This document shows positions 29,351-39,475 of a DNA stretch of 64,000 nucleotides, piece by piece. The position numbers were made by a program, and so were the translations under genes. The DNA is taken from sequence record OP380601.1; one strand, 5' to 3'. How positions within the stretch are numbered: the first letter of the stretch is position 1; every line of letters begins with the position of its first letter. The notes beneath the pieces are model-generated. The model did no database searches and had not been told where the DNA came from. It worked only from the letters and a program-made list of their open reading frames with translations.

Positions 29351-29628
29351 AAGTAGAGATATACGGTATTCCAGAAGACGTTGCAAAATGTTCGGGATGT
29401 ATATCAGCTATTAGGTTGTGTTTTGAAAAAGGGTATGATTATGAAATCATACCCGTTCTTAAAAAAGCAAATAACCAATTAGGGTTTGATTATATCCTAG
29501 AAAAATTTGATGAATGTAAAGAAAGAGCAAATATGCAGACTAGGCCAACTTCATTTCCACGTATATTTGTTGATGGGAAATATATAGGTTCCCTGAAGCA
29601 ATTTAAGGAATTATATGGCGATGATTAA
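29347..29628 (+). CDS. nrdH: Glutaredoxin NrdH
   Basis: VEIYGIPEDVAKCSGC, FPRIFVDG. Confidence 0.9.
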   Translation: MKVEIYGIPEDVAKCSGCISAIRLCFEKGYDYEIIPVLKKANNQLGFDYILEKFDECKERANMQTRPTSFPRIFVDGKYIGSLKQFKELYGDD

Positions 29629-30193
29629 GAGAGTAACCAGCATTCCCTTTGAAAAAGGAGAGTTAACCGAAGCTAAGGTACAAGCTATTATTGGAACATC
29701 TATTAAACTTCAAAAGAAATACTGTCCAATTGTTCCTAACTGTTTTTATAGATGGGATCTTGAAGCGGATTTGATGGGAGTTCGTAAGTCTGGGTTTGTC
29801 GATGAATTTGAAATAAAGTTGACTGTTGCAGATTTCAAAAATGACGCATCCAAAACGGTCAGATTACCTAAATATGGTGAAAAATACTCATATGAGTGTC
29901 TTCCTAAGTATGAAGCTCTAGAAAAAGGTAGACTTCTAAATTATTTCTGGTATATTGTACCGAAAGATATGGTTTCTGTTGAAGATATACCTAAATTTGC
30001 TGGATTGATCTATATAGATAAAGGTCTACGTGGATATAAGTATAAAATTATAAAAGATGCCAAACGTCTCAACAGCAATAAAATAACAGATGACCAACTA
30101 TATAGCGCATTAAGAAAAATGGGCTATCGTTACTGGAATTTAATTGAAAAGGGTCTAAAACAGGATCTTAAACTTATGGAAATTGTAAAATGA
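29615..30193 (+). CDS. MmcB-like PD-(D/E)XK nuclease-fold protein
   Basis: EADLMGV...EFEIKLTVADFKND; YFWYIVP, FAGL. Confidence 0.7.
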   Translation: MAMIKRVTSIPFEKGELTEAKVQAIIGTSIKLQKKYCPIVPNCFYRWDLEADLMGVRKSGFVDEFEIKLTVADFKNDASKTVRLPKYGEKYSYECLPKYEALEKGRLLNYFWYIVPKDMVSVEDIPKFAGLIYIDKGLRGYKYKIIKDAKRLNSNKITDDQLYSALRKMGYRYWNLIEKGLKQDLKLMEIVK

Positions 30194-30447
30194 AATTAAC
30201 CCGTGAAAATTATATTAGTATTCAAAATCTTTGTAAAAAGAATATATTAGATAGTATTGATATTCGTGTAGAAAACAAAAGGGAAATAACTCCTAAATTT
30301 CTTGATATTATTGTGGATTATATGCAGCGGGAAACCTCACATATAGGTAATATTCATAAAAACCGCTTGCGTGAAATCGCAGTTGGATATATACTTGAAT
30401 ATCACGATGCATCAGTTTTTGGAGTAGATAATGGGATTAAAGGTTGA
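30190..30447 (+). CDS. Hypothetical protein
   Basis: 85-aa ORF overlapping both neighbours. Confidence 0.7.
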   Translation: MKLTRENYISIQNLCKKNILDSIDIRVENKREITPKFLDIIVDYMQRETSHIGNIHKNRLREIAVGYILEYHDASVFGVDNGIKG

Positions 30448-31879
30448 AGTTTTAACCTCAGTTCCTGGTAGCGGTAAAACTAAAGCGATTTTAAAACATG
30501 TGGGTAGGAATAAAAAGCCTACCATCATAGCTTCTATTTCTTGTCAGTTGTCTAAGCAGTCATTTGATTTTTATACCATGACTCTTGGATATACTGACGC
30601 TATTGTTATTGATACAGATAATATAAAAAGAAAGGCATCAGTTTTTGAATCGATTAAAGATGCTATTGGAAACCATCGGGTAATTTTTATTACTCACTCA
30701 GCACTAATGAACTTCCCATATTTTGATATGTTTGAGGGCCATGAACTTTATATTGATGAAGTCCCCGACATGGTAGACCTTCGTCAAATTCAGTTCAAAA
30801 CTAATATTGAAGTCGTTTCGAAATATTGTGAAATCTCAGAAAAGGGCCGTATGGTTCTAATTGAGAAGAACAGAAAACAACTAGAAGATATTGCAAAAGA
30901 TGGATTGTATAATCTAGATGTGGTTTCTAACAGTGTATTCCCTCTAGTAAAAGCACTACTGGTGGGGATCCCTGTAGTAGTTAAAGAGAATTGTGCGTAT
31001 TTTGTTGAAGATATGAGTACCCAGTCTTGGAACATGTTTTCTAAAATAACAATTGCTTGTGCGAATTTTAGTGAAACTTTCACTGGAACGGTATTAAAGG
31101 AATATTCCGGATGGGAGTTTGTAGAAAGCCCGTTGGTATCCCGTTTGGATTTTAGAAATTACAAGAATACGCAACGTATCGAGATTGTTCCTGTATATGA
31201 TGGGAATTGGTCTAGGTATGCAGCAGATACCGAAATAGAAGGCGAAAGTGTTTACAATAAAGTCAAAGATTTGGTATTGAATATTGTTGGTAATGTGAAT
31301 TATATATATACAACAAACTCTTATCGTGGACCTTTGACCGGTGGTAGTCGTATCCCATATAACCCACATGGGATGAACAATTATATGAACTTTACAACCG
31401 CAGTTGCGTTGTTCTCATATAACCCAAGTCCATGGCAATTGGAACTATTAAGATCCCTCAGTTATAACCAAGGACTTGATGTAGACCGCTTGACCAATGC
31501 GTTTCTGGTATCTAAGTATCTAGAACCGGCTTTCCAGTTATGTTTACGTACCGATATCCGTAATAATAAAAGTATGTCGATGGTTCGTCTAATTGTTCCA
31601 GATCTTAGAGTTGCAAATTACCTAAAAGATAAATATCTTCCTGATGCAAAAATTGATTATTCATTAATGATCGACTCGACAAAGGAAAGTAAACCTAGAA
31701 AGAAAGAAACTGTTCCTCGGGTTAGAAAAGAAAGTTTCAAGTCTATGTTTAATCTTGATAATAAAGAGCAATCTGCATTGTCTTATCATCAGAAAAAGAT
31801 AGGTAAGAAATATTCCATACTTGAACCTAGTGATATTGTGGAGGTAAGAGAATGGATAACTACAAGAAGAAAAGTATAA
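30431..31879 (+). CDS. P-loop NTPase / SF2-like helicase of unknown function
   Basis: Walker A SVPGSGKT, Walker B LYIDEVP, FQLCLRTDIR (motif VI-like). Confidence 0.75.
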   Translation: MGLKVEVLTSVPGSGKTKAILKHVGRNKKPTIIASISCQLSKQSFDFYTMTLGYTDAIVIDTDNIKRKASVFESIKDAIGNHRVIFITHSALMNFPYFDMFEGHELYIDEVPDMVDLRQIQFKTNIEVVSKYCEISEKGRMVLIEKNRKQLEDIAKDGLYNLDVVSNSVFPLVKALLVGIPVVVKENCAYFVEDMSTQSWNMFSKITIACANFSETFTGTVLKEYSGWEFVESPLVSRLDFRNYKNTQRIEIVPVYDGNWSRYAADTEIEGESVYNKVKDLVLNIVGNVNYIYTTNSYRGPLTGGSRIPYNPHGMNNYMNFTTAVALFSYNPSPWQLELLRSLSYNQGLDVDRLTNAFLVSKYLEPAFQLCLRTDIRNNKSMSMVRLIVPDLRVANYLKDKYLPDAKIDYSLMIDSTKESKPRKKETVPRVRKESFKSMFNLDNKEQSALSYHQKKIGKKYSILEPSDIVEVREWITTRRKV

Positions 31880-31904
31880 GGAATAGGTGTCTTTGTGTTA
31901 TAAT
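31873..31904 (+). promoter_or_regulatory. Gene 55 promoter AGTATAAGG-N14-TGT-TATAAT (middle-like class variant)
   Basis: Extended -10 TGT-TATAAT 25 nt before the ATG. Confidence 0.6.
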
Positions 31905-31929
31905 AGGACAAAGATAATGAGGTTAAGCA

Positions 31930-32466
31930 ATGACGGTATATGTTGATAACGAAAAACTGATCGCTGATATAGTTCAGTGGAAAAAAGATAGAGCGGAAGA
32001 CCCGCCTAAGAAAATGTCAGATAGTTTAGGGTTGGCTATCATGAACATTGTAAATGGACTTACTGAGTATTATAGATTTCGGCGTTATACTGACGTTTGG
32101 AAAGAGAATATGGTTTCTGAAGCTCAGGAAATCTTAGTAAGAAAGATCCACAAATTTGACGAAAATAAATTTGACAATGCACATGCGTATGTTACAATGA
32201 TCGCCGCCAGATGTTTCTTTGATGAACTTAGAAAAGAGAAAAAGAAAGAGGCTACTAAAAATAGATACTTCATTGAATGTGTTTATGATGGCGAAGATGA
32301 AGATATGGGAGAAATGGTTGACCCCGTATTTTATCTAGATCTGGTTGATAAAGTTTCCTCTTATGAGGAATCTGTAAAGAAAAAACAAAAAGATAAAGAT
32401 GAAGAAATTGGAGAACTAGATTGGTTGTATGATTTGGAGGAATCGGAAGATGAAACTGAATCTTAA
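31930..32466 (+). CDS. gp55: Late sigma factor
   Basis: YVDNEKL, LGLAIMNI..GL, WKENMVSEA, NAHAYVT. Confidence 0.95.
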   Translation: MTVYVDNEKLIADIVQWKKDRAEDPPKKMSDSLGLAIMNIVNGLTEYYRFRRYTDVWKENMVSEAQEILVRKIHKFDENKFDNAHAYVTMIAARCFFDELRKEKKKEATKNRYFIECVYDGEDEDMGEMVDPVFYLDLVDKVSSYEESVKKKQKDKDEEIGELDWLYDLEESEDETES

Positions 32467-32665
32467 TTTGTTGGATATGTTAGAAACTACGAATTACGAC
32501 TATTCTGCTCTACAATATATTATGTTAGTGGAAATGAAATCTGCTGGATTTCCTATAGATTTCAATTTTGAAAATCCAAAAAATCCAATGCCAACTGTAA
32601 TTTTTGGGAAAATATCAACTACCTGTGTTGACGGAATCAACATAGAATATAAACACTACAATTAA
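32450..32665 (+). CDS. Hypothetical protein (a-gt.5 position)
   Basis: GGAGG SD; between 55 and a-gt.4. Confidence 0.65.
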   Translation: MKLNLNLLDMLETTNYDYSALQYIMLVEMKSAGFPIDFNFENPKNPMPTVIFGKISTTCVDGINIEYKHYN

Positions 32666-32673
32666 GGTATAAA

Positions 32674-33039
32674 ATGACTGAGAATCAAGAAATTCAAATG
32701 CATATGAAACCTTCGGATGAGGCAACACTTTCGGAAGTTCAACAGCAAACAATTAATAAATTAGCTTCTAAACATTACAAAAAGAATAAGAAAGAGATTG
32801 ATCGTCTAACCTCACATTCCCGAGAGTGTCTGATTCAGTGTAATGAGGATGGTTATAAATACGCAATTACTAAACTGCGCAATATTTGTCAACAAAAACC
32901 TCTAGATTCGGAAACCCTTCATAGTCTCTGGATCACTTCAAAAACTCAAACAGATAAGATTATTTTGGATGCTGTTAAAATGCAAGAACAGCAACTTCAA
33001 CAAGAAACCGGTAAAACTGTTCCGGTTTGTTCTGTATAA
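32674..33039 (+). CDS. a-gt.4: a-gt.4 homolog
   Basis: KKNKKEIDRL..H...YKYAITKLR...LWITS. Confidence 0.8.
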   Translation: MTENQEIQMHMKPSDEATLSEVQQQTINKLASKHYKKNKKEIDRLTSHSRECLIQCNEDGYKYAITKLRNICQQKPLDSETLHSLWITSKTQTDKIILDAVKMQEQQLQQETGKTVPVCSV

Positions 33040-33079
33040 GATAGATTAGGGGTGAAAGCCCCTTTATGAGGATTAACTA

Positions 33080-34105
33080 ATGAAAGTTATTTTATTGGGT
33101 GACACCCATTTAGGTGAAAGTAAAGATAGTAAGTGGATCCAAGGGATTCAGAGAAAATTCTTTAAGCAGATGTGTGATTATGCCAAGGAACATGAAATAA
33201 AGGTTCTACTTCAATCAGGAGACTGGTTTGATGTTCGTAGTGGTATAACACAAGAAACCCAGAGGTTTATGCGAAAAGAAATTCGACCAATGTTGGTAGA
33301 CGCTTTTGATCGAATTGAGGTGATTCCGGGTAATCACGATTTGCATTATAAAAACAAAGTGATTCCAAACTCAGTACATGAGAATTTCAATAAAGACCCG
33401 TTGTTCCGTGTTCACAATGAACCTACCACGATTAGTGTTGGTAGCGTGATGATTGATATGATTCCTTGGGAATGCAAAGACAACAAGGATCAAATTAGAG
33501 AGTTCATTAAAAATAGTGATTCTCCTTACTCAATCGGTCACTGGGAGCTTATGGGCTTTGACTTCTACACAGGTATCCCCGCAATGTCCGGTGAATCTAA
33601 AGACTTCCTGAGTGGATATAAAACCGCATTCTCTGGGCATTATCACGCTTCAAGTAAGAAGGGGAATGTTCATTATCTTGGTACTCCATACACAATGACC
33701 ATGAACGATTGTAATGATATTCGTGGATTCTACGTGTTCGATACTGAGGACGAATCCATTATATTGGTCCCAAATGATACGACTTGGCATATTAAAGTAA
33801 ATTACAAAGACGTTGACAAGAACGACGTTAGTATGTATGCTAATAAAAGCGTGGTTTTGATCGTTGATAAATCCGATAAAAATCTAGACGCAACTTTAGC
33901 TTCACTGGAAGAAGTAGTTGAAAAGTTACATGATAAATATCTAGAAGATTTCGGCGGTACACTCGATGATACTGATACCGAAGTAGAAATTAAAAAAATT
34001 AACCAGCTAATTACAGAATATATTGAATCTATGGATCTTGATACTAAAGAGAAATCCCATACTTTAGATTATGCAAATCGTCTATATATGGAATCAAGTC
34101 TGTGA
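33080..34105 (+). CDS. gp47: Recombination nuclease subunit (Mre11/SbcD-like)
   Basis: GDTHLG, GDWFD, GNHD, GHWE, SGHYH. Confidence 0.96.
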   Translation: MKVILLGDTHLGESKDSKWIQGIQRKFFKQMCDYAKEHEIKVLLQSGDWFDVRSGITQETQRFMRKEIRPMLVDAFDRIEVIPGNHDLHYKNKVIPNSVHENFNKDPLFRVHNEPTTISVGSVMIDMIPWECKDNKDQIREFIKNSDSPYSIGHWELMGFDFYTGIPAMSGESKDFLSGYKTAFSGHYHASSKKGNVHYLGTPYTMTMNDCNDIRGFYVFDTEDESIILVPNDTTWHIKVNYKDVDKNDVSMYANKSVVLIVDKSDKNLDATLASLEEVVEKLHDKYLEDFGGTLDDTDTEVEIKKINQLITEYIESMDLDTKEKSHTLDYANRLYMESSL

Positions 34106-34338
34106 TAAATTTCTATATTATATCCGTCTGGATGGACGAATATCTTCATCCAGACTCTTTGAAATCTATACATTTGGTTGATGAAAGTATTCAGTTGTCT
34201 GCAAATTTATATGGATATCAATATACAATCAGAATTCATATGAATATGATTGACCATTTGAAATCAGACTATGGTAAGATTATTAAAGAAGCAATACATA
34301 CTATTGATGAAGAACTTACGAAGGTAATTACTAAATGA
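34102..34338 (+). CDS. Hypothetical protein
   Basis: 78-aa ORF between 47 and 46. Confidence 0.6.
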   Translation: MINFYIISVWMDEYLHPDSLKSIHLVDESIQLSANLYGYQYTIRIHMNMIDHLKSDYGKIIKEAIHTIDEELTKVITK

Positions 34339-36665
34339 ATATTACATTTAATTATATTGAATACAAAAATATAATGTCTGTTGGTAGTAACCCAATTCGG
34401 GTACAATTAGATCTGACAGAAAAGACACTTATTACTGGTACAAATGGCGCCGGTAAATCCACCATGATTGAAGCACTTTCTTTTTTGCTGTATGGTAAAT
34501 CGTATCGTAAACTTAAAAAAGAACAGCTTATAAACCAAATCAATAAGAAAAATCTTCTTGTCTCTGGTGAAGTGACTATTGGAAATAAATTGGTTCATAT
34601 CGAACGTGGTATGAAGCCAAATATTTTCAAAGTCACTATTGATGGTGAGCCGATTCCTGAAGCCGCAAGTGCTACCGAATATCAGCGTATTCTGGAAGAA
34701 GATATTCTAAACGTATCTCACGAAAGCTTTAAACAGTTGATCGTATTGGGTACGGCTGGGTATACCCCATTTATGGAGTTGAAGCCAGAACAACGCCGTA
34801 CAATGGTTGAAGACCTTCTTCAGTTGTCTGTACTTGGTCAGATGAACAAACTAAACAATATCGAACTGAAGCGGGTCAACACTGCTATGGATCTGATTGA
34901 TGTTGAAATAAATGGTTTGGATAATGAACGTAAATCTATTTTGAATTCTATTGAAGAACAAAAGAAATCAAATGATGATGTTATAGAACATCAATCTAAT
35001 CAAATCCGGTCATTAGTTAGTCGGGTTAAACTGTCTAAAGATAATATAGAAAAGCTCAATACCGAACTTGGTGGATTGGTAGATATTGATTCTACGGTTA
35101 TTGATGAAGTAATTAAAGCAATAGAAACTAATTATTGTGTAGATACGGTTTCATTAACAAGTTCAATTGAATCTGATAAGATAAAACTTGACTTAGTTAA
35201 TGAAAAATACGATAATCTTATCCAAATTGCTAAGAACGAAGTTGTAGATGAATCTATTTTCGTTAAGGAAATGGAAGAACTGAAATCTGGTATTATATCA
35301 GAAGAAGAAACTAAATCTCGAATTAATAAAATTCAAGGTAAAGTTTTTGATGTAGAAAAGCCATCCGACACACGTTTAAAAGAAGACACATCTTTATCTG
35401 ATCTCGTAGGGGAACTTAACGGGGAACTTTTCCGCATTCAATACGAAATTACAGAAAAGAAAAAGGCTCTTGCCAACTTTGATAATGGGGTATGTCCTAC
35501 CTGTGGTACTGATGTATCTGATGGTCATGGTCATGTTGAAGATATTCGCAAAGAACTGGTTGAAGCGGAGAATAAACTTTCGGCTGTTGAAGAAAAAATT
35601 GCACAAGCTACTAAAGCTCGCGATGACCATAAAATAGCTGTAGAACGGTCTATCGTTGATTTCAATTCTAAGATGGAGTTGTGGTCGAAAGACGAAAAAC
35701 AATTCAATGTAGCGGTTTCTAATGACGTTCTCAAAGAGCAACGGGAGATATCTGAACATAATAGTTCAATCTCTAATAAGATATCTGAAATTAAGGTTCG
35801 ATTGGAGACGATTTCTGGCGAAACTTCCCGTAAAGTATCCGCTCTTGAAACTTCAAAATCCTCAGAAGTGATCGATCTTAAAACTCGGATCAGTGAGAAT
35901 CAGGCAAAGCTTGATAGGCTTGATTTGGATAAAGACCGCGAGATTAACGCCGCGAAATCGGACCATAATCGGCTGGTTGAAGATCTAAAGCTTCGAAGGG
36001 CTGCTATAAGTCATTCTATTTCATCTGAAGAAAAATCTATCTCTGAAAACTCGGAGATGGCAAAGCAAATCAAATCTGTTGTTGATAGTTTGAAGGAAAA
36101 AACTTTTACATCTACTCGTCTGGATGAGGTTGTTTCTATAATCACCAATAAACAGGAAGAACGAGAAAACTTGTTCAACGATAAGTTCAGTTGTGGTATA
36201 ATGAAAGACATGTTGAAGGATGACGCGATTAAAGGTGAGATCGTTAAACGATATATCCCAATTTTCAATTCAAAAATCAACGAATATCTATCTATAACTG
36301 GTGCTGATTACGTATTCTCTCTCAATGAATCATTCGAAGAGTCGATTAAATCCCGTGGTAGAGATGAATTCACTTATATGTCATTTTCCCAAGGTGAAAA
36401 AGCACGAATTAATATAGCACTTCTGTTCACTTGGAGATATATTGCCTCAATGGTGTCTGGTACTAACATTTCTATGTTGATCCTAGATGAAATATTTGAT
36501 GGTGGTATGGATTCTGATGGAGTGTATGCTGTAAATCGCCTATTGAACGAGATTGGTGGTAACACATTTATTATTTCCCATCGAGTTGAAAACCGAGACG
36601 ATAGCTTTACTAGTCATATAAAAATGACTAAGAAAGGTCGTTTCACTGAAATGGAACGAGATTGA
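34335..36665 (+). CDS. gp46: Recombination ATPase subunit (Rad50/SbcC-like), 776 aa
   Basis: GTNGAGKS, CPTCG zinc hook, FSQGE signature, LILDEIFD. Confidence 0.96.
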   Translation: MNITFNYIEYKNIMSVGSNPIRVQLDLTEKTLITGTNGAGKSTMIEALSFLLYGKSYRKLKKEQLINQINKKNLLVSGEVTIGNKLVHIERGMKPNIFKVTIDGEPIPEAASATEYQRILEEDILNVSHESFKQLIVLGTAGYTPFMELKPEQRRTMVEDLLQLSVLGQMNKLNNIELKRVNTAMDLIDVEINGLDNERKSILNSIEEQKKSNDDVIEHQSNQIRSLVSRVKLSKDNIEKLNTELGGLVDIDSTVIDEVIKAIETNYCVDTVSLTSSIESDKIKLDLVNEKYDNLIQIAKNEVVDESIFVKEMEELKSGIISEEETKSRINKIQGKVFDVEKPSDTRLKEDTSLSDLVGELNGELFRIQYEITEKKKALANFDNGVCPTCGTDVSDGHGHVEDIRKELVEAENKLSAVEEKIAQATKARDDHKIAVERSIVDFNSKMELWSKDEKQFNVAVSNDVLKEQREISEHNSSISNKISEIKVRLETISGETSRKVSALETSKSSEVIDLKTRISENQAKLDRLDLDKDREINAAKSDHNRLVEDLKLRRAAISHSISSEEKSISENSEMAKQIKSVVDSLKEKTFTSTRLDEVVSIITNKQEERENLFNDKFSCGIMKDMLKDDAIKGEIVKRYIPIFNSKINEYLSITGADYVFSLNESFEESIKSRGRDEFTYMSFSQGEKARINIALLFTWRYIASMVSGTNISMLILDEIFDGGMDSDGVYAVNRLLNEIGGNTFIISHRVENRDDSFTSHIKMTKKGRFTEMERD

Positions 36666-36853
36666 TGTTTGAAAATCTACACGAAGTATACCCAGAGGCA
36701 GAAAACCTCTGGGTATTAACTAATAAATTATCAGATGAACAGGTAGAATTTATTGTTCCGTTAGAAGTGTTGGAGCAAAGATTCGAACCCGCAGTATTAA
36801 CTAAAATCATGAACGGTAGTCATCCATATTGGGATGCATTCCAAAAAATCTAA
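36662..36853 (+). CDS. gp45.2: gp45.2 homolog
   Basis: Position and VEFIVP...KIMNGSHPYW. Confidence 0.75.
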   Translation: MMFENLHEVYPEAENLWVLTNKLSDEQVEFIVPLEVLEQRFEPAVLTKIMNGSHPYWDAFQKI

Positions 36854-36872
36854 CCAAAAGGTAATATGAGTA

Positions 36873-37565
36873 ATGAAAATTAACAAATCCACCATTGATA
36901 TCCTCAAGCTGTTTTCTTCTATCAATCCATCTATTCTGATCCAACCGGGTAATTTCATTAATACCCGCACCGCAGATGGTATCATCTATGCAGAGGCAAC
37001 GGTTGAAGATAAATTCGAACACAAAATTTGTCTGTATGCTATGGATCAGATGTTGGGTGTTCTTAATAACTTCAAGGGTGAAGTTGAAATGTCAGTAGAT
37101 AGCGGAGAAGATGACCTTAAGCTGAATCTGAAACATGAGTCTGGTGCGAAAGCTACTCTGATAATGAGTCCTGAAAGTAAGATTGTTTATCCAAAAAAAC
37201 CAATCGTATTCCCTACTCCACAAGTAGAGTTTAGCCTTAAATCTGATGATTTGTCTCGTTTGCAGGCTATGTCTTCCACATTGAAACTTAATATGTTGAA
37301 GTTCATCAAAGAAGATGGTAAAATCGTTGCTCGCCTTTTCTACGTAGACAAGTCCGGCGGTATTTCTGATCAAGAGAGTAACCAGTTTGATATTGTCATT
37401 TCGGATACAGATTATTCTGGTGAATTTGATATGCGTTTTGATATGAAACATCTTACCTTCCTAGAGGGTGATACCTCTGTTAAGTGTATTCGTGGTGCTG
37501 CACAATTTACATGCCCTAATGTAACTTATGTAATCTCTATGAATAAATCTTCTAGTTTGACGTAA
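36873..37565 (+). CDS. gp45: Sliding clamp
   Basis: KSTIDILKLFSSINPSI, YAEA, LKSDDLSRL. Confidence 0.93.
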   Translation: MKINKSTIDILKLFSSINPSILIQPGNFINTRTADGIIYAEATVEDKFEHKICLYAMDQMLGVLNNFKGEVEMSVDSGEDDLKLNLKHESGAKATLIMSPESKIVYPKKPIVFPTPQVEFSLKSDDLSRLQAMSSTLKLNMLKFIKEDGKIVARLFYVDKSGGISDQESNQFDIVISDTDYSGEFDMRFDMKHLTFLEGDTSVKCIRGAAQFTCPNVTYVISMNKSSSLT

Positions 37566-37566
37566 T

Positions 37567-37878
37567 ATGAAATTATCTCTTGAACAAATAGATAATTTCT
37601 ATTTCGAGAGTGGCGATTGTGATGATTATTTTTGGGACGAGTCTGGTCCCGAGCCAATCGCCAATATAAATCGAGTTAGAAAATTAATATCTGACCGGTC
37701 AGGGGTTCCTGAGAAATATATAGATATTACTTGGTGTGCTCCTGTAGTAGAATATTGCTTATATGTTAATGGTAAATGGTCTGGTTATGTAGACTTCCAT
37801 GAAGAATATGATAACTGTCCATTATCGTTTGAACATATAGAAAATTACGATGAATATATTGAAAGTCGTAAAAATTAA
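37567..37878 (+). CDS. Hypothetical acidic protein inserted between 45 and 44
   Basis: 103-aa ORF abutting gp45. Confidence 0.75.
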   Translation: MKLSLEQIDNFYFESGDCDDYFWDESGPEPIANINRVRKLISDRSGVPEKYIDITWCAPVVEYCLYVNGKWSGYVDFHEEYDNCPLSFEHIENYDEYIESRKN

Positions 37879-37903
37879 TATAAACAATTGAGGAATATAA
37901 AAT

Positions 37904-38884
37904 ATGTTGTCCGTTGATAATACCCAACACATGCTAGAACAAAAATACCGCCCACAATCAATCTCCGAATGCATTCTTCCCCGCCACGATATGGACCGGT
38001 TTAATGGGTTGGTTAAGAAAGGTAAGTTTCCACATCTTCTTTTGTGTTCCAAATCCCCGGGTACTGGTAAAACTACTGTAGCGATGGCATTGGTTAACGA
38101 TATTGACGCTGAAATGATGTTTATTACTGGTGGTCAACTTCGTATTAATGATCTCCGTACCCAACTAACCGAATTTGCAAATACTTCAACCCGTAAGAAG
38201 GGGGGTAAGGTTATCATCATTGATGAGGGTGATAACACCAATATGAGATCTGTTCATGAGGAATTGCGTTCGTGGATGGAAGCATATAGTGATAACTGCT
38301 CTATCATCATGACGTGTAACAACGCAGAAGTGATTCCAGAGGCTCTAAAATCACGTTTCCGAGTGTTTGAGTTTGGTCGTATAGTGGAGGAAACCCCCGA
38401 GCTGGTGAAAGCTGACGAAACCCGTATGAAGAAGGAAATGTTTATTCGGTGTATGGCTATTTGTGAAGCCGAAGGGGTTGAGGTGAAAGATAAGCGGGCT
38501 ATGATGGCTCTGGTATCTAAAAACTTCCCAAACTTCCGTTCTGCAATCACTGAAATGGATAAATATAGTTCCTGTGGATATATTGATGAAGGGGTATTGA
38601 CCTCAACAATGAGATCCACCAAGGATATGGAAAAACTGTTTGATTTGATGAAGAACAAAGATCTTCCTGAAATTCGTAGTCTTATCCCTAACTTTGCAAC
38701 TAACTATCCCGCATTTATTAATGCGTTTTATGAACGTGCAACCACTCAAGTTAAAGGTCAATCTTATCGTATGCTGATTAAGATCCTTGCAGAAAACCAA
38801 AAGACATTTGGAGACGTTCCTAATATTGAAATTCATATGATGGATATGTTGTCGGATCTTGCTTGTGAGGTTAACTGGAAATGA
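37904..38884 (+). CDS. gp44: Clamp loader ATPase subunit
   Basis: LEQKYRP, SPGTGKTT, IIDEGD, SRF. Confidence 0.97.
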   Translation: MLSVDNTQHMLEQKYRPQSISECILPRHDMDRFNGLVKKGKFPHLLLCSKSPGTGKTTVAMALVNDIDAEMMFITGGQLRINDLRTQLTEFANTSTRKKGGKVIIIDEGDNTNMRSVHEELRSWMEAYSDNCSIIMTCNNAEVIPEALKSRFRVFEFGRIVEETPELVKADETRMKKEMFIRCMAICEAEGVEVKDKRAMMALVSKNFPNFRSAITEMDKYSSCGYIDEGVLTSTMRSTKDMEKLFDLMKNKDLPEIRSLIPNFATNYPAFINAFYERATTQVKGQSYRMLIKILAENQKTFGDVPNIEIHMMDMLSDLACEVNWK

Positions 38885-39468
38885 GTCTAGAATTTCTTGG
38901 ATTGGAAGTTCCTAATGAACATCGACTTGCATGGGACAATAAAGACTGGAATAAAGTCAAGGAATTGTGTAAAGAATTCAAGAAAGATAAAGATAAAAGC
39001 ACATTTGAGATAATTAGTAATGTAACTCAGAAAACCGGTCACAAAAATGTAATGGAATTCGGTAGTTATGACCAATATACAATTAACAGTTGGTTATCTC
39101 AACATGCATCTATGAATGGGTATGCGTCAGAATTAAATCAATGGGCTGGATATATCACAGATCAGATGCATTATGATTATCTTTATTACACAGTCCGTAA
39201 ATGCAAACTGCCCTATGTAGCATACGCCCGTGCGTCGGATGATTGGGACTTTGTTTTTATAACCCATATACTGGCACATCATTATAATGTCAGTTATGAA
39301 AAAGCGGTTGAATATCACGATTTACACAATGAACAACAGATGAAACGTATTTTAAGAGAGATGCGGGGTTTGATTACATCACCTGATTGTCCTTTTATGA
39401 ATAATCTTCCTAAACATATAAGCAAAACAGAAAAAGCGCGGTTGTATAAAACCGCCACAAAATGGTAA
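38881..39468 (+). CDS. gp62: Clamp loader small subunit
   Basis: HRLAWDNKDW, QMHYDYLYYTVRK; synteny. Confidence 0.92.
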   Translation: MSLEFLGLEVPNEHRLAWDNKDWNKVKELCKEFKKDKDKSTFEIISNVTQKTGHKNVMEFGSYDQYTINSWLSQHASMNGYASELNQWAGYITDQMHYDYLYYTVRKCKLPYVAYARASDDWDFVFITHILAHHYNVSYEKAVEYHDLHNEQQMKRILREMRGLITSPDCPFMNNLPKHISKTEKARLYKTATKW

Positions 39469-39475
39469 ATATAAA

